A stretch of DNA of 64,000 nt from Acidobacteriota bacterium (GCA_036507075.1 DASXQR010000152.1:64001-128000); one strand, 5' to 3'. Positions 31,913 through 43,779 are shown, counted from the first letter of the stretch. The notes: generated by a model not told the origin, from the sequence alone. Numbers and translations: made by a program.

Positions 31913-32089
31913 TCGCTTTATGTTAACACGGCCGGCTAAATCGATCTGCAGCCATCAGTGCCCGCGCTTCAGCCCCAGACGGACCGCCAGGCGCGCCGCG
32001 GGCTGACGCCGCCGCGGTACTGACGCTGGACAGATAGCACAAAGATCTTTGTGTTCTTCGTGTCTTTGTGGTGCATAACTTCGGTTTCG

Positions 32090-32422
32090 TCAGTGCCGCG
32101 CCGATTGCATTTCAATTACGCGGATGCGGTGCTTGAGATGGTGGATCTGGCGCCGGATTTCATGCAGCTTTGTGTGGTCGTGAGCCTGGACCAGACCGTC
32201 GCGCTGCGTCTTCAACTGGTGGATCTGATGCTTCAGCTCGGACTTGGTGTGGACCACGTTGTCGGAAAAATGCACGTGGGGCTTTTCAATTCCCAGGGCA
32301 TGGGCCAGCTCGTCCATCAGTTGCTCTTTGTGCTTCCCGTGCACAGCCTCAATCTGGGGAAACTTCAGCGCCTCTTCGCGCAGCTTTACAACAGTCATCT
32401 TTTCCAAATCTTTCCATTCCAT
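32090..32422 (-). CDS. Hypothetical His-rich helical protein with Rho-N/HeH-like N-terminus ('gene B')
   Basis: LEKMTVVKLRE...KEQL; GGGGG RBS; synonymous conservation against its duplicate supports coding. Confidence 0.8.
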   Translation of the reverse strand: MEWKDLEKMTVVKLREEALKFPQIEAVHGKHKEQLMDELAHALGIEKPHVHFSDNVVHTKSELKHQIHQLKTQRDGLVQAHDHTKLHEIRRQIHHLKHRIRVIEMQSARH

Positions 32423-32504
32423 ACAGAACCCCCTTATGGTTTGGTGAATCGGTGTTGAACTGTGGATTACGGAATCTATAAGGCGGATTATATTCCCACT
32501 CTGA

Positions 32505-32566
32505 TTCACCACAAAGACACAAAGGACACAAAATCAAAATTTGTGTCTTTGTGCCTTTGTGGTTTT
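32505..32566. repeat. CACCACAAAGACACAAAG inverted-repeat element with ~8 bp spacer
   Basis: Read directly; may also act as a terminator after gltD. Confidence 0.85.
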
Positions 32567-32567
32567 T

Positions 32568-34016
32568 TTAGTTGAGCGGGGCCGGGAGTTCGGAGTTTCC
32601 CATCAGGAACTGGTCGACGCCGCGGGCGGCCGATCGGCCTTCGGCGATGGCCCAGACAATCAGCGACTGGCCGCGCTGCATGTCGCCGCACACGAATACG
32701 CCGGGCACGCTGGTCATCCAGTTTTTGTCGCGCCACACGTTGCTTCGTTCCGTAAGCCGCACGCCCAGTTCCTCGAGCAATCCGTTGCGCTCCGGCCCGA
32801 TGAAACCCATGGCCAGCAGCACCAGCTCCGCATCGAGGATGAATTCGCTGCCGGGAATCGCGCGGAAGCCGACATTTCCATTCTCGCGAACCATTTCGGC
32901 CTTGACTGCTTCGAGCTGCCGGACTCTGCCGTCTCCGTCTCCGATAAATCGCTGCGTCGAAACCGAGTAAACCCGCTCGCCGCCCTCTTCATGCGCCCCG
33001 GAAACACGAAAAATGTTGGGCCACTGAGGCCACGGGTTGTCGATGCCGCGCGTATCGGGAGGCCGCGACAACAGTTCGAATTGATGAACTGAGCGGGCCT
33101 TCTGGCGATGCACCGTGCCCAGACAGTCGGCTCCCGTGTCGCCGCCGCCGATGATCACCACGCGTTTCCCTTCGGCGCTGACGAAATCTGAATCCGGAAC
33201 ATAGTCTCCTTCGCAGCGGCGATTCTGGAGCGTCAGGTAATCCATGGCGAAATGAATGCCCTGGAGCTCGCGGCCCGGAATTTTCAAGTCGCGCGGCCAG
33301 CGGGCCCCGCCGGCCAGCACCACGGCGTCATAGTCAGACTTCAACTGCGCGGCCGGCAGCGTCACACCCACATTTACACCGGTGCGAAACTCCACGCCTT
33401 CTTCCTGCATGATGCGCAGTCGCCGGTCCAGGAATCGTTTTTCCATCTTGAATTCCGGGATACCGTAGCGCAGCAGGCCGCCGATTCGATCGTCGCGCTC
33501 GTAAACGGTGACATGGTGCCCGGCGCGGTTCAACTGCTCGGCTGCGGCCAGGCCGGCCGGACCTGAACCGACCACGGCCACCCTCTTCCCGGTGCCCACC
33601 GCCGGGGGTTTCGCAGCGATCCATCCCTCGTCGAAAGCCCGTTCTATGATCGACAGCTCCACGCCCTTGATTGTGACCGGATCATCGCTGATTCCGAGAA
33701 CGCACGACCCCTCGCAGGGAGCAGGACAGAGGCGACCCGTCCATTCAGGAAAATTGTTTGTGGCGTGCAGACGGTCAATGGCTTCGCGCCAGTGATCGCG
33801 GTAAACCAGATCATTAAAATCGGGGATGATGTTCCCGAGCGGGCAACCCTCGTGGCAGAAAGGAATGCCACAATCCATGCAGCGGGCCGCCTGCATCTGC
33901 AGTTCTTCCTTCGGATAAGGAAGATAAACCTCCTGCCAGTCGCGAACGCGCTCCTGCACCGGCCGCGCCGGAGGCTTCTTGCGCTTGATCTCAATAAAGC
34001 CCGTAATTTTACCCAC
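32568..34016 (-). CDS. gltD: Glutamate synthase small subunit
   Basis: [43 protein letters not shown]. Confidence 0.97.
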   Translation of the reverse strand: MGKITGFIEIKRKKPPARPVQERVRDWQEVYLPYPKEELQMQAARCMDCGIPFCHEGCPLGNIIPDFNDLVYRDHWREAIDRLHATNNFPEWTGRLCPAPCEGSCVLGISDDPVTIKGVELSIIERAFDEGWIAAKPPAVGTGKRVAVVGSGPAGLAAAEQLNRAGHHVTVYERDDRIGGLLRYGIPEFKMEKRFLDRRLRIMQEEGVEFRTGVNVGVTLPAAQLKSDYDAVVLAGGARWPRDLKIPGRELQGIHFAMDYLTLQNRRCEGDYVPDSDFVSAEGKRVVIIGGGDTGADCLGTVHRQKARSVHQFELLSRPPDTRGIDNPWPQWPNIFRVSGAHEEGGERVYSVSTQRFIGDGDGRVRQLEAVKAEMVRENGNVGFRAIPGSEFILDAELVLLAMGFIGPERNGLLEELGVRLTERSNVWRDKNWMTSVPGVFVCGDMQRGQSLIVWAIAEGRSAARGVDQFLMGNSELPAPLN

Positions 34017-37000
34017 CGCCGGCACCCACCAGTTCTTCAAAGGTGGCTTCGCGCTGTTCGGCGCGCGCCCGCGCTTCTGCCTGAAGGACCCGCTTGTAGT
34101 CTCTGGGCATGACTTTAATGAACTGTTTTTGCATCGAAATCCAGTTGGTCAGGATTCCGGCGGCATAGCCGGACTGTGTTGCGTCGAAGTGTCGCGCAAT
34201 CAGGTCGCGCACCGTTTCGATGTCTTCCGGCTGATCCAGCGGTCCCAGGTCGACCATTCCCAGATTGCAGCGCTGCGCAAACTTGCCTTCGCGGTCGAGC
34301 ACGTAGGCGATCCCTCCGCTCATCCCGGCGGCGAAATTGCGTCCCGTCCTGCCCAGCACAACCACCCGTCCGCCGGTCATGTATTCGCAGCCGTGGTCGC
34401 CCACTCCCTCAACCACGGTCAGCGCGCCGCTGTTGCGCACGGCGAATCTTTCGCCTGCAACGCCCCGCACAAAAGCTTCACCGCTGGTGGCGCCGTAGAG
34501 CGCCACGTTGCCGATGACGATGTTTTCTTCCGGAACGAAAGTTGAACCCCGGGGCGGATAAACCACCAGCTTCCCGCCGGACAATCCCTTCCCCCAGTAG
34601 TCATTGGAGTCGCCTTCCAGCGTGAGCGAAATCCCTTTCGGCAGGAACGCGCCGAAGCTCTGTCCGGCCGAGCCGTTAAAATGAATGCGAATCGTGTCGT
34701 CGGGAAGACCCGCGCCGCCCCAGCGCGAAGTGAGCTCGTATCCCAGCATGGTCCCCACAGTACGATTCACATTTCGAATGGGAAGCGAGAACCGGATCGG
34801 CTTTTTGTAAAGCAAAGCCTGCTTGCAGCGGGAAATCAATGCGTTATCCAGCGCCTTTTCAAGCCCGTGGTCCTGAGCGCGCACGCGTCGCCGCGCAACC
34901 GACGGCGGCATATCCGGCTGGTGGAGTATCGAGGAATAGTCCAGCCCTTTGGCCTTCCAATGGTCCAGGGCCGGCTTGAAATCGAGTCGATCGACCCGGC
35001 CGATCATTTCATCCATAGTCCGAAATCCCAGCCGTGCCATCCGCTCGCGCACTTCTTCGGCGATGAAGCGGAAAAAATTCTCCACAAACTCAGGCTTGCC
35101 GTTGAAAAGCTTGCGCAGTTCCGGATCCTGCGTGGCCACTCCGACAGGGCAGGTGTTCAAGTGGCAAACACGCATCATTACGCATCCCAGCACCACCAGA
35201 GGAGCAGTGGAAAAACCGAATTCTTCAGCACCCAGCAAAGCGGCGATCACCACATCGCGCCCGGTCTTCATCTGCCCGTCCACCTGAACCACGATGCGGT
35301 CGCGCAGTTTGTTCATCACCAGCACCTGCTGCGTTTCCGCCACACCCAGCTCCCACGGTATGCCGCCGTGCTTGATGCTGGTCAGAGGCGATGCTCCGGT
35401 GCCTCCGTCGTGCCCGGAGATCAGCACCACATCGGAATGAGCCTTCGCCACGCCTGCGGCAACGGTTCCCACACCCATTTCCGCCACCAGCTTTACGTGC
35501 ACGCGCGCTTTCGGATTGGCGTTTTTCAAGTCGTGGATCAGTTGCGCGATGTCTTCAATGGAATAAATGTCGTGGTGCGGAGGCGGTGAAATCAGCCCTA
35601 CACCGGGCGTGGCATAACGGACTTTGGCGATCCAGGGATAAACCTTATGTCCCGGAAGCTGCCCGCCTTCGCCGGGTTTGGCGCCCTGCGCCATTTTGAT
35701 CTGAAGATCATCGGCATTAACGAGATATTCGCTGGTTACCCCGAAACGCGCCGAGGCGACCTGCTTGATGGCGCTGCGCCGCCAGTCTCCATTTCGGTCC
35801 CGCTTATACCGAGCCGGGTCTTCTCCTCCTTCGCCGGTGTTGGATTTGCCGCCCATGCGATTCATGGCGATGGCCAGAGTCTCATGCGCCTCGGCGCTGA
35901 TCGAGCCGTAGGACATGGCTCCGGTTGCAAAGCGCTTGATGATGGACTCGATGGGCTCTACTTCCTCAATGGGGACCGGCGCGGCCGCCTCTTTCAGTTC
36001 AAAAAGGCCGCGCAGGGTGGCCAGACGGCGGTTCTGATCGTCCACCAGACCGGTGTATTCCTTGAAGATCTTATATTGTCCCGAGCGCGTCGCGTGCTGC
36101 AGCTTGAAGACAGTTTCAGGATTGAATAGATGGAACTCGCCGTCGCGCCTCCATTGGTACTCTCCGCCCCACTCCAGCTCCGGCTCGCTCACCGGGCGCG
36201 GCGAGAAGGCGCGCTCGTGACGGCGGCGCCCTTCCTCGGCGACGATATCAATACCGATTCCTTCCACGCGCGAGGGCGTCCAGGTGAAATAGCGGTCGAT
36301 AAATTCCTTGTTCAATCCGATGGCCTCAAAAATCTGGGCGCCGCAATAGCTCTGCAGCGTGGAGATGCCCATCTTGGACATCACTTTCAAAATTCCCTTG
36401 TTTAGCGACTTGATATAGTTTTTGACCGCCTTCTTATGGTCGATGCCGGGCAGCAGTCCCTGGCGAATCATGTCATCCAGGGATTCAAACGCCACCCACG
36501 GATTGACTGCGCCCGCTCCATAGCCGATCAGCAGAGACACGTGGTGCACTTCGCGCGCATCTCCGGTTTCGATCACCAGCGCGCAGCGCGTGCGCGTGCC
36601 TTCACGAACCAGGTGATGATGGATGGCCGCCGTCGCGAGCAAACTTGGAATGGGCGCACATTCTTCGTTCACGCCGCGATCGCTGAGAATCAGGATGTTG
36701 TGTCCTTGTGCGATCGCCTGGCTGGCCCGCGCCTGCAGGGTTTCAATGGCATCGCCCAGTGCTTCACCGCCGCCGTTTACACGGTAGAGCATGGGTAGGG
36801 TATAAGCCCTGAACGCATCGAGCGGACTCTCACTCTCCCTCTCTCCCTCTCTCCCTCTCTCCCGCTCTCCATCCCTCCGTCCCTCCGTCCCTCCGTCTCC
36901 CCTTTCCCCAACCCCAAGGTGCTTAATCTTGGCCAGCTCGTCATTATCAATGATGGGATACTTGACCTTGATCTGGCGGCAGGATTCCGGCTGCGCTTCG

Positions 37001-38667
37001 AGCAGGTTGCCCTCCGGTCCGATGGTGCTTTCCATGGTGGTCACCAATTCTTCGCGAATCGCATCCAGCGGAGGATTGGTCACCTGGGCAAAGAGCTGCT
37101 TGAAGTAGTCGTAAAGCAGCCGCGGGCGATCGGATAGAACCGCCAGCGCAGTGTCGGTTCCCATCGAGCCGATCGGCTCTTCTCCCGCCTGGGCCATGGG
37201 GCCGAGCAGGATACGCAGATCTTCGTGGGTATAGCCGAAAACCAATTGCCGCGTCAGTACCGTTTCGTGGTCCGGCGCCGGCACAGGATGGGCGGGAACA
37301 TCTTCCAGGCTGATCAGATTCTTAGACAGCCATTCGCCGTAGGGGCGTTCTGCGGCAAGTTGAGATTTGATTTCGTCATCGGAAATGATTCTTCCCTGCG
37401 ACGTGTCCACCAGAAAGATGCGCCCGGGGTGCAGTCTTTCTTTGATCAGAATATTTTCCGCCGGAATGTCCAGCACTCCCACTTCGGACGCCATGATTAC
37501 CATGTCGTCCCGGGTGACGTAGTATCGGGAGGGTCGCAGGCCGTTGCGATCCAGCACTGCGCCGATAACGGTTCCATCGGTGAAGGCAATGGAGGCCGGC
37601 CCGTCCCAGGGCTCCATCAGGGAGGAATGATACTCATAGAAGGCCTTCCGCTCTGCCGGCATGCTTTCATTGCCGCCCCAGGGTTCCGGAATCATCATCA
37701 ATATGGCATGCGGCAGGCTGCGGCCGTTCATCACCAAAAACTCGAGCACGTTGTCAAAGATGGCCGAGTCGCTTCCCCCTTCGCGGATTACCGGAAAAAC
37801 TTTGTGCAGGTCTTCGCCCAGCAGATCCGACCGGCACAGAGCCTGGCGCGCCCGCATCCAGTTGATATTTCCACGCAGCGTATTGATCTCGCCGTTGTGG
37901 GCGATGTATCGGTACGGGTGGGCCAGCGGCCAGGACGGGAATGTGTTTGTGCTGAAGCGCTGATGGACCAGAGCCAGCGCCGATTCCATGTCGGGATCGG
38001 CCAGATCCGGATACATGGATTCGATCTGGGTGGCCGTGAGCATTCCCTTGTAGATGAGCGTGCTGGACGACAGGCTGGGAATATAGAAGAGCTTCCTCTC
38101 GGAAAGGGGGAGCGCGTCGGCGGCATTCTCAATCCGCTTGCGGATCACATAGAGCTTGCGCTCGAAGTGTGCCTGGTCCTTCAACCCGGCGCCCCGGCCG
38201 ATAAACATCTGCCTCATCTTAGGCTCGACGGCCCGGGCCGACTCACCCAACAGGTGATCATCAGCAGGCACATCGCGCCAGCCCAGGAACTGCTGGCCCT
38301 CTTCGACCGTGATCCTTGAAATCAGTTCCTCAAGCAACTGCCTCTGGGCCTGGTCGCGGGGAAGGAAAACAAAGCCCACACCGTAGTCCTTTGACGGAGG
38401 CAGAGGAATATCCAGCCGGGCGCACTCGCGCCGCAAAAACCTGTCCGGAACCTGCATCAGTATGCCGGCGCCGTCGCCCGTATTGACCTCGCAGCCGCAG
38501 GCGCCGCGATGCACCAGGTTGATGAGCACCTGGAGAGCCTGGCGGATGATGGTGTGGGATTTTACTCCCTTGATGTTCACCACAAATCCCACTCCGCACG
38601 CATCGTGCTCGAACCAGGGATCGTACAGACCCTGTGCCGGTGGCGGTCCCGCTGCAAGCTGCCTCAT
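34009..38667 (-). CDS. gltB: Glutamate synthase large subunit
   Basis: [49 protein letters not shown]. Confidence 0.98.
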   Translation of the reverse strand: MRQLAAGPPPAQGLYDPWFEHDACGVGFVVNIKGVKSHTIIRQALQVLINLVHRGACGCEVNTGDGAGILMQVPDRFLRRECARLDIPLPPSKDYGVGFVFLPRDQAQRQLLEELISRITVEEGQQFLGWRDVPADDHLLGESARAVEPKMRQMFIGRGAGLKDQAHFERKLYVIRKRIENAADALPLSERKLFYIPSLSSSTLIYKGMLTATQIESMYPDLADPDMESALALVHQRFSTNTFPSWPLAHPYRYIAHNGEINTLRGNINWMRARQALCRSDLLGEDLHKVFPVIREGGSDSAIFDNVLEFLVMNGRSLPHAILMMIPEPWGGNESMPAERKAFYEYHSSLMEPWDGPASIAFTDGTVIGAVLDRNGLRPSRYYVTRDDMVIMASEVGVLDIPAENILIKERLHPGRIFLVDTSQGRIISDDEIKSQLAAERPYGEWLSKNLISLEDVPAHPVPAPDHETVLTRQLVFGYTHEDLRILLGPMAQAGEEPIGSMGTDTALAVLSDRPRLLYDYFKQLFAQVTNPPLDAIREELVTTMESTIGPEGNLLEAQPESCRQIKVKYPIIDNDELAKIKHLGVGERGDGGTEGRRDGERERGREGERESESPLDAFRAYTLPMLYRVNGGGEALGDAIETLQARASQAIAQGHNILILSDRGVNEECAPIPSLLATAAIHHHLVREGTRTRCALVIETGDAREVHHVSLLIGYGAGAVNPWVAFESLDDMIRQGLLPGIDHKKAVKNYIKSLNKGILKVMSKMGISTLQSYCGAQIFEAIGLNKEFIDRYFTWTPSRVEGIGIDIVAEEGRRRHERAFSPRPVSEPELEWGGEYQWRRDGEFHLFNPETVFKLQHATRSGQYKIFKEYTGLVDDQNRRLATLRGLFELKEAAAPVPIEEVEPIESIIKRFATGAMSYGSISAEAHETLAIAMNRMGGKSNTGEGGEDPARYKRDRNGDWRRSAIKQVASARFGVTSEYLVNADDLQIKMAQGAKPGEGGQLPGHKVYPWIAKVRYATPGVGLISPPPHHDIYSIEDIAQLIHDLKNANPKARVHVKLVAEMGVGTVAAGVAKAHSDVVLISGHDGGTGASPLTSIKHGGIPWELGVAETQQVLVMNKLRDRIVVQVDGQMKTGRDVVIAALLGAEEFGFSTAPLVVLGCVMMRVCHLNTCPVGVATQDPELRKLFNGKPEFVENFFRFIAEEVRERMARLGFRTMDEMIGRVDRLDFKPALDHWKAKGLDYSSILHQPDMPPSVARRRVRAQDHGLEKALDNALISRCKQALLYKKPIRFSLPIRNVNRTVGTMLGYELTSRWGGAGLPDDTIRIHFNGSAGQSFGAFLPKGISLTLEGDSNDYWGKGLSGGKLVVYPPRGSTFVPEENIVIGNVALYGATSGEAFVRGVAGERFAVRNSGALTVVEGVGDHGCEYMTGGRVVVLGRTGRNFAAGMSGGIAYVLDREGKFAQRCNLGMVDLGPLDQPEDIETVRDLIARHFDATQSGYAAGILTNWISMQKQFIKVMPRDYKRVLQAEARARAEQREATFEELVGAGGG
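36826..36911. repeat. 8-bp-period pyrimidine-rich repeat (CTCTCTCC/GTCCCTCC) in frame in gltB
   Basis: Encodes [28 protein letters not shown]. Confidence 0.85.
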
Positions 38668-38863
38668 GAATTCCTCCCGAACCTGATTGCAAGGGATGAT
38701 ACCTAAACTTCTTCCATTCGCAATACGCAATGTTTGCATAGTATTCATGAGTAAAACGCATGGAAGCCGTGAACGCGGGAAAAGACTTCACGATGGCAGC
38801 CAAACTCGCGGGCTATCATGCTAGGTTGCCCCTACGATTTTCTGATATCATATTTTGTTTTGC

Positions 38864-38937
38864 GGCGGCGTAGCTCAGTTGGTCAGAGCATGCGGCTCAT
38901 ATCCGCAGTGTCCGGGGTTCGAGTCCCTGCGCCGCCA
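38864..38937 (+). tRNA. tRNA-Met(CAT), probably elongator (Ile2 not excluded); CCA not encoded
   Basis: GGCGGCG/CGCCGCC acceptor stem, TGCGG-CTCATAT-CCGCA anticodon arm, GGTTCGAGTCC. Confidence 0.93.
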
Positions 38938-38995
38938 TATCGAAATTCGCGCAAACTGGTTCCAACCGGCGACACACAGGGCCGCAAAGAACAAC

Positions 38996-40057
38996 ATGGC
39001 TCATCGCGAAACCCGCAACCCGAAACTGGTAACCCGAAACCTGGAACCGAAGACGCGCCCTTCCATATCGGCAAACGAACTGGTCAGCCGCCCGCGCCGC
39101 CTGCGCAGATCCGCTCTGCTGCGCAGCCTGGTTCGCGAGAACAGCGTGGAAAAGAACGACCTGATCTTCCCGATGTTCGTTTGCGCCGGCCAGAAGGTGA
39201 AGCGCGAAATCACAGCCATGCCGGGAAACTTTCAGTTTTCCGTCGATCGGCTCCTGACCGAGCTCGAGTCGGTGTGCAAAGCCGGTATTTCATCCATCAT
39301 TCTTTTTGGCCTGCCGGAAAGGAAAGACGCGTTCGCCACCGAAGCTTACTCGGCCAGCGGCCCGGTGCCCGCGGCGCTCCGGGCGATCAAGAAGGAAAAG
39401 CTGCCATTGATCTGTATCGCCGATGTCTGCCTTTGCGAATACACCGACCATGGCCACTGTGGTCTGGTGGACGGGGAAGAGATTCTCAATGATCCGAGCC
39501 TGGAGGTTTTGGCGCGCACCGGCGTGGCGCTTGCCGATGCCGGCGCCGACATCATCGCCCCCTCCGACATGATGGACGGCCGCGTCGCCGCCATACGCGC
39601 CGGCCTCGATGCAGCCGGTCATGAGAACGTCGCCATTCTTTCCTACGCCGCAAAATACGCGTCGGCCTTCTACGGGCCCTTCCGGCAGGCGGCCGATTCG
39701 GCGCCCCAGTTCGGCGACCGGCGGAGTTATCAGATGGACCCAGCCAACGGCAGGGAGGCGCTCAAGGAAGTTGCGCTCGACATACAGGAAGGCGCTGATA
39801 TGGTAATGGTCAAACCGGCGCTCCCTTATCTGGATATCGTCTACCAGGTGCGCCAGCAGTTTCAGGTTCCGGTGGCGGCATACCATGTCAGCGGCGAATT
39901 CTCGGCCATCATGGCGGCAGCACAGAACGGGTGGCTCGACGAAGAACGGGCGATGATGGAATGCCTGGTGGCCATCAAACGCGCGGGCGCAGACTTTATT
40001 CTCACCTACTACGCCAGACAGGCGTCCCTGCTGATCGATCAGGGATGGTTCCGGTGA
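38996..40057 (+). CDS. hemB: Porphobilinogen synthase
   Basis: [34 protein letters not shown]. Confidence 0.97.
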   Translation: MAHRETRNPKLVTRNLEPKTRPSISANELVSRPRRLRRSALLRSLVRENSVEKNDLIFPMFVCAGQKVKREITAMPGNFQFSVDRLLTELESVCKAGISSIILFGLPERKDAFATEAYSASGPVPAALRAIKKEKLPLICIADVCLCEYTDHGHCGLVDGEEILNDPSLEVLARTGVALADAGADIIAPSDMMDGRVAAIRAGLDAAGHENVAILSYAAKYASAFYGPFRQAADSAPQFGDRRSYQMDPANGREALKEVALDIQEGADMVMVKPALPYLDIVYQVRQQFQVPVAAYHVSGEFSAIMAAAQNGWLDEERAMMECLVAIKRAGADFILTYYARQASLLIDQGWFR

Positions 40058-41337
40058 ACAACCGGGAACTGTTCGAGCAGGCGAAGGCTCTTTTTCCAGG
40101 AGGAGTCAACAGCCCGGTGCGCGCCTTTCGCGCCGTCGGAGAAACTCCCCGTTTCATCGCGCGCGGTGAAGGCGCCTGGCTGGTCGACGTTGAAGGGCGA
40201 CGCTATATCGATTACGTGGGCTCCTGGGGACCTCTGATCGCGGGGCATGCGCATCCTGCAGTGATTGCCGCGCTGCAGGCTGCTCTCCCATCAGGCACGA
40301 GTTTTGGCGCACCCAATCCGCTGGAATTGGAGCTGGGACGGCGGATCACCAGGCGCTTTCCTTCGATTGAGAAGATTCGATTCGTAAACAGCGGCACCGA
40401 GGCGACCATGAGCGCCCTGCGGCTGGCGCGCGCCGCCACCGGGCGGGACAAGATCTTGAAGTTCGACGGCTGCTATCACGGGCACAGCGATGGTTTGCTG
40501 GTGCAGGCCGGCTCGGGCGTCGCCACCTTCGGCCTGCCGGACAGTCCCGGAGTGCCGGCCGCTTTCGCGGCGCTGACGATTTCAGTTCCGTTCAACAACA
40601 TCGACGCTGTCAAGGCGGCCTTCGTGAGACATCGCGGCGAAATCGCGGCCGTCATCCTCGAACCGGTCGCGGGCAACATGGGAGTAGTGCTCCCGCATAA
40701 CGGTTTTTTGTCGCAGCTTCGGGAAATCACTCGCAATGAAGGCAGCCTGCTTGTCTTTGACGAAGTCATGACGGGCTTCCGCGTGGCGTACGGCGGGGCG
40801 CAGGAACTATACGGGATCGATCCCGACCTGACCTGCCTTGGAAAGGTCATCGGCGGCGGCCTTCCCGTGGGCGCTTACGGAGGAAAGAAGAAATATCTTT
40901 CCATGATTGCGCCCGAAGGTCCCGTATATCAGGCGGGAACACTTTCGGGAAATCCGCTGGCCATGGCGGCCGGAATTGCCACGCTGGATCTGCTGACGCC
41001 CGATGCCTACCGAAGACTGAATCAGTGCTGCCAGGGATTTTACGAAGGACTGCGATCCGTCATTCGGCGCAGCACCGCTTCGAGCGGCCGCGCCCCTGTT
41101 CAATTGAACACGTGCGGCAGCATGTTCACCTTGTTTTTTACCGAGGCTGCGGTGGTGGATTATGAGACCGCTAAGACTTCGGACCGCGAAAGGTTTGCGC
41201 GATTTTTCCGGCTGCTGCTGGACCAGGGCGTCTACCTCCCGCCGGCTCAATTCGAAGCTGCATTCCTGTCGCTGGCCCACGGCCCGGCCGAGATTGACGC
41301 AACGCTGGCGGCAATTGAGAAGGCCTTTGCAAATTGA
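40054..41337 (+). CDS. hemL: Glutamate-1-semialdehyde 2,1-aminomutase
   Basis: [39 protein letters not shown]. Confidence 0.97.
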   Translation: MNNRELFEQAKALFPGGVNSPVRAFRAVGETPRFIARGEGAWLVDVEGRRYIDYVGSWGPLIAGHAHPAVIAALQAALPSGTSFGAPNPLELELGRRITRRFPSIEKIRFVNSGTEATMSALRLARAATGRDKILKFDGCYHGHSDGLLVQAGSGVATFGLPDSPGVPAAFAALTISVPFNNIDAVKAAFVRHRGEIAAVILEPVAGNMGVVLPHNGFLSQLREITRNEGSLLVFDEVMTGFRVAYGGAQELYGIDPDLTCLGKVIGGGLPVGAYGGKKKYLSMIAPEGPVYQAGTLSGNPLAMAAGIATLDLLTPDAYRRLNQCCQGFYEGLRSVIRRSTASSGRAPVQLNTCGSMFTLFFTEAAVVDYETAKTSDRERFARFFRLLLDQGVYLPPAQFEAAFLSLAHGPAEIDATLAAIEKAFAN

Positions 41338-41343
41338 GGAAAA

Positions 41344-41550
41344 GTCCGAACCGCGCGCGTAAGCAAGCGGACCCTCCGCGGGGATTTGGCCACGAAGGCA
41401 CGAAGAATCGCTATTTATTTTGAAGTGACACTTCTCATAACTCGATCCAGGTTGTCGGAGAAGTGGCACTTCTAATTCAATCGTTGTCCTTCGTGCCTTC
41501 GTGGCCAAATCCCCGCGGAGGGTCCGCTTGCTTACGCGCGCGGTTCGGAC
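41344..41550. repeat. Perfect 62-bp inverted repeat with an internal palindrome pair
   Basis: 41344-41405 is the exact reverse complement of 41489-41550. Confidence 0.95.
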
Positions 41551-41593
41551 GGCGGTGGGGGTGCTATCGAGAGCCTTTATCCAACAAAACGCC

Positions 41594-42097
41594 TCAGGCG
41601 TTTCCCACCTTGGGGGTGCAGCCCAGACAGTCATCGATCATTATCTCGATCTTCGCCAGCGGCCATTTCTTCACGGTGGCGACTTCGGAAATGACCAATT
41701 GCTTGGCTCGATCCAGCATCTTTTTTTCACGGAAGGAAAGACTTTTTTGTGAACTGAGCTGACTGAGATTGCGAAGCACCTCGGCCACCTCGAGAATCGA
41801 GCCCGTCTTCATCTTTTCCAGATTGACCTTGTAGCGGTCCTTCCAGTCAGAAATATGATGTCCGTTCCCATTCTGCAGAATATTAAAGAGTTGATCTAAG
41901 TCTTTCTTTCCGCAGAGTTTACGCAGTCCTACCTGATTTACATTTGCAGTCGGAATCAGCACCACGGAGCTGTTCGACTCGATTCTCAGAGTATAAAACT
42001 CTTCAGGCTTACCGCCGATGACTTTCAGGCTGATACTTTCTATAACGCCGACGCCGTGGTTGGGGTAGACAACTTTATCGCCGACTTTGAATGGCAT
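41594..42097 (-). CDS. carD: CarD/CdnL family transcription regulator
   Basis: FKVGDKVVYPNHGVG, WKDRY, LSFREKKMLDRAK. Confidence 0.93.
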   Translation of the reverse strand: MPFKVGDKVVYPNHGVGVIESISLKVIGGKPEEFYTLRIESNSSVVLIPTANVNQVGLRKLCGKKDLDQLFNILQNGNGHHISDWKDRYKVNLEKMKTGSILEVAEVLRNLSQLSSQKSLSFREKKMLDRAKQLVISEVATVKKWPLAKIEIMIDDCLGCTPKVGNA

Positions 42098-42175
42098 AGG
42101 GCCCTCCGGGGAGTCAATAAGGAAGAGAAAATTATACTCCTTCTGGGTCGACTAAGTCAAAACGAGCGCGAATCC

Positions 42176-42243
42176 CTTCGTGTTCTTTGTGTCTTTGTGG
42201 TGGATAAGTCGTTGCCACCACAAAGACACAAAGAACACAAAGA
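42176..42243. repeat. CTTTGTGTCTTTGTGGTGG / CCACCACAAAGACACAAAG inverted-repeat element
   Basis: Read directly. Confidence 0.88.
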
Positions 42244-42249
42244 TTCGAT

Positions 42250-42648
42250 TCATTTTCTTCGGTACTCCACAATCACGGCAGTGGAAATGCCGCCGCGGGG
42301 AGTGAATTTTCCTTCCACGCGCGCAGTGACCGGGTCGCAGGCCTTAACAAAGTCGCGCAGAATTCGGTTGGTTGCGTTCTCGTAGAAAATCCCGAGGTTG
42401 CGGTAGGCGAGCAGGTATTCTTTGAAGGACTTCAGCTCCACGCACCACTGATCCGGAACATAGGTGATCTTGATAGCGCCGAAATCAGGCAGCCCCGTCT
42501 TGGGACAAACCGCTGTGTATTCGGGAACTTCAATGATGATTTCGTAATCGGGAAACTGGTTTTCCCAGCATTCGATCTCAGGCAGCGCCGCGTCGATCCC
42601 CGACCTTGCTTCCTTTTCCGAGTAACGGCGCTCCTTGCGCTTTGTCAT
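42250..42648 (-). CDS. queF: NADPH-dependent preQ0 reductase (short type)
   Basis: PEYTAVCPKTGLPDF, VELKSFKEYL, FTPRGGI. Confidence 0.93.
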   Translation of the reverse strand: MTKRKERRYSEKEARSGIDAALPEIECWENQFPDYEIIIEVPEYTAVCPKTGLPDFGAIKITYVPDQWCVELKSFKEYLLAYRNLGIFYENATNRILRDFVKACDPVTARVEGKFTPRGGISTAVIVEYRRK

Positions 42649-42708
42649 CACATAACATTTTAGCTGAGAACCGAGCAGCAAAGACAGGAGAGCGGGTAGG
42701 AAAACCTT

Positions 42709-42861
42709 CCCCACAAAGACACGAAGGACACGAAGGGAAGACGTGGGGCAGGCAGAGGCCGGTCAGCTTCAAAAACCCTTGCCGCGTTTACCTTTGGAAA
42801 GCTGACCGGCCTCTGCCTGCCCGACGTCTTGACTTCGTGCTCTTTGTGCCTTTGTGGTGAA
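42709..42861. repeat. CCACAAAGACAC element enclosing a second inverted repeat (GGGCAGGCAGAGGCCGGTCAGCTT)
   Basis: Read directly. Confidence 0.9.
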
Positions 42862-42892
42862 AAGTTCTGACTCGATTTTCTGAAACTAAGTA

Positions 42893-43579
42893 CTAACTCC
42901 TCAGCGCGTTTACAAACTCTCTCACTTTCCATTCCACACCCGTGATGGCCGTGCCTACCACTACGGCATGCGCACCGGCTCGCAGGGCTTCGCGGGCTTG
43001 TGCCGGAGTCTGGACGCCGCCTTCGCAAAACACGGGCCCTTTTGCGCTCTGACAGATTGCCCGCAACAGATCGATGGCCGGCAGAAGCATGCTGCTGGTT
43101 TCCTCGGTGTGACCGGCCAGGGTGGTTGCCACGCAGTCGGCTCCGCTCTGCAGAGCGCTGAGAGCTTCCGCCTCGGTTGCGATGTCGGCCATGGCGATGC
43201 GGCCGGCGCGGTGAATCACTTCGATAATTTCTTCAATCGAATCAGCCTCGGTGCGGGGAAGATGGGTAGCGTCAAACGCGATCACGTCGGCGCCGGCATC
43301 AATCAAGCGCCCGGCGGACTGCGCGGTAGGAGTGATATAGATTGCGCTCGCGCTACGGACCTTTTCCAGACCGATCACCGGGACCGCAACGGCGGCTTTG
43401 ATGGCGCGAATATGCGCCGCACCGCGCGCGCGAATTCCAATGGCTCCCTGGATTACGGCGGCCTTTGCCAAGGCGGCTTGGAACTCTGCCGAATTGAGGG
43501 GAGAAGAATCGTCCGCCTGGCAGCTCACAATCAACCCGCCTCGCAGGCTGTCCAGGATTCCCTCCAGTTGGTTTGTCAT
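42893..43579 (-). CDS. nanE: N-acetylmannosamine-6-phosphate 2-epimerase
   Basis: GGLIVSCQA, VPVIGLEK, IYITPT, MADI, EGG, VVGTAIT. Confidence 0.9.
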   Translation of the reverse strand: MTNQLEGILDSLRGGLIVSCQADDSSPLNSAEFQAALAKAAVIQGAIGIRARGAAHIRAIKAAVAVPVIGLEKVRSASAIYITPTAQSAGRLIDAGADVIAFDATHLPRTEADSIEEIIEVIHRAGRIAMADIATEAEALSALQSGADCVATTLAGHTEETSSMLLPAIDLLRAICQSAKGPVFCEGGVQTPAQAREALRAGAHAVVVGTAITGVEWKVREFVNALRS

Positions 43580-43621
43580 CTGCCACCGGCACGACTGCGC
43601 AACGAATGCGTGATTCCTCAC

Positions 43622-43765
43622 AAATGCGGATTTCGGAATGCGGAATGCGGAATATGTCCATCTAAAGTTTTTGCACCTAAGATCAAGTCACCTCCCATTC
43701 CGCATTCCGAGATCCGCATTCCGCTTTCTGCATTCCGCGTTCCGCATTCTACATTCCGCATTCGA
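43622..43765. repeat. GCGGAAT / ATTCCGC heptamer inverted repeats
   Basis: Read directly; same unit as 8351-8518. Confidence 0.85.
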
Positions 43766-43779
43766 GTGCATCGCCGGCA

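Noticed and set aside
34681..38319. Several long plus-strand ORFs
   Set aside because: Antisense shadows of gltB.
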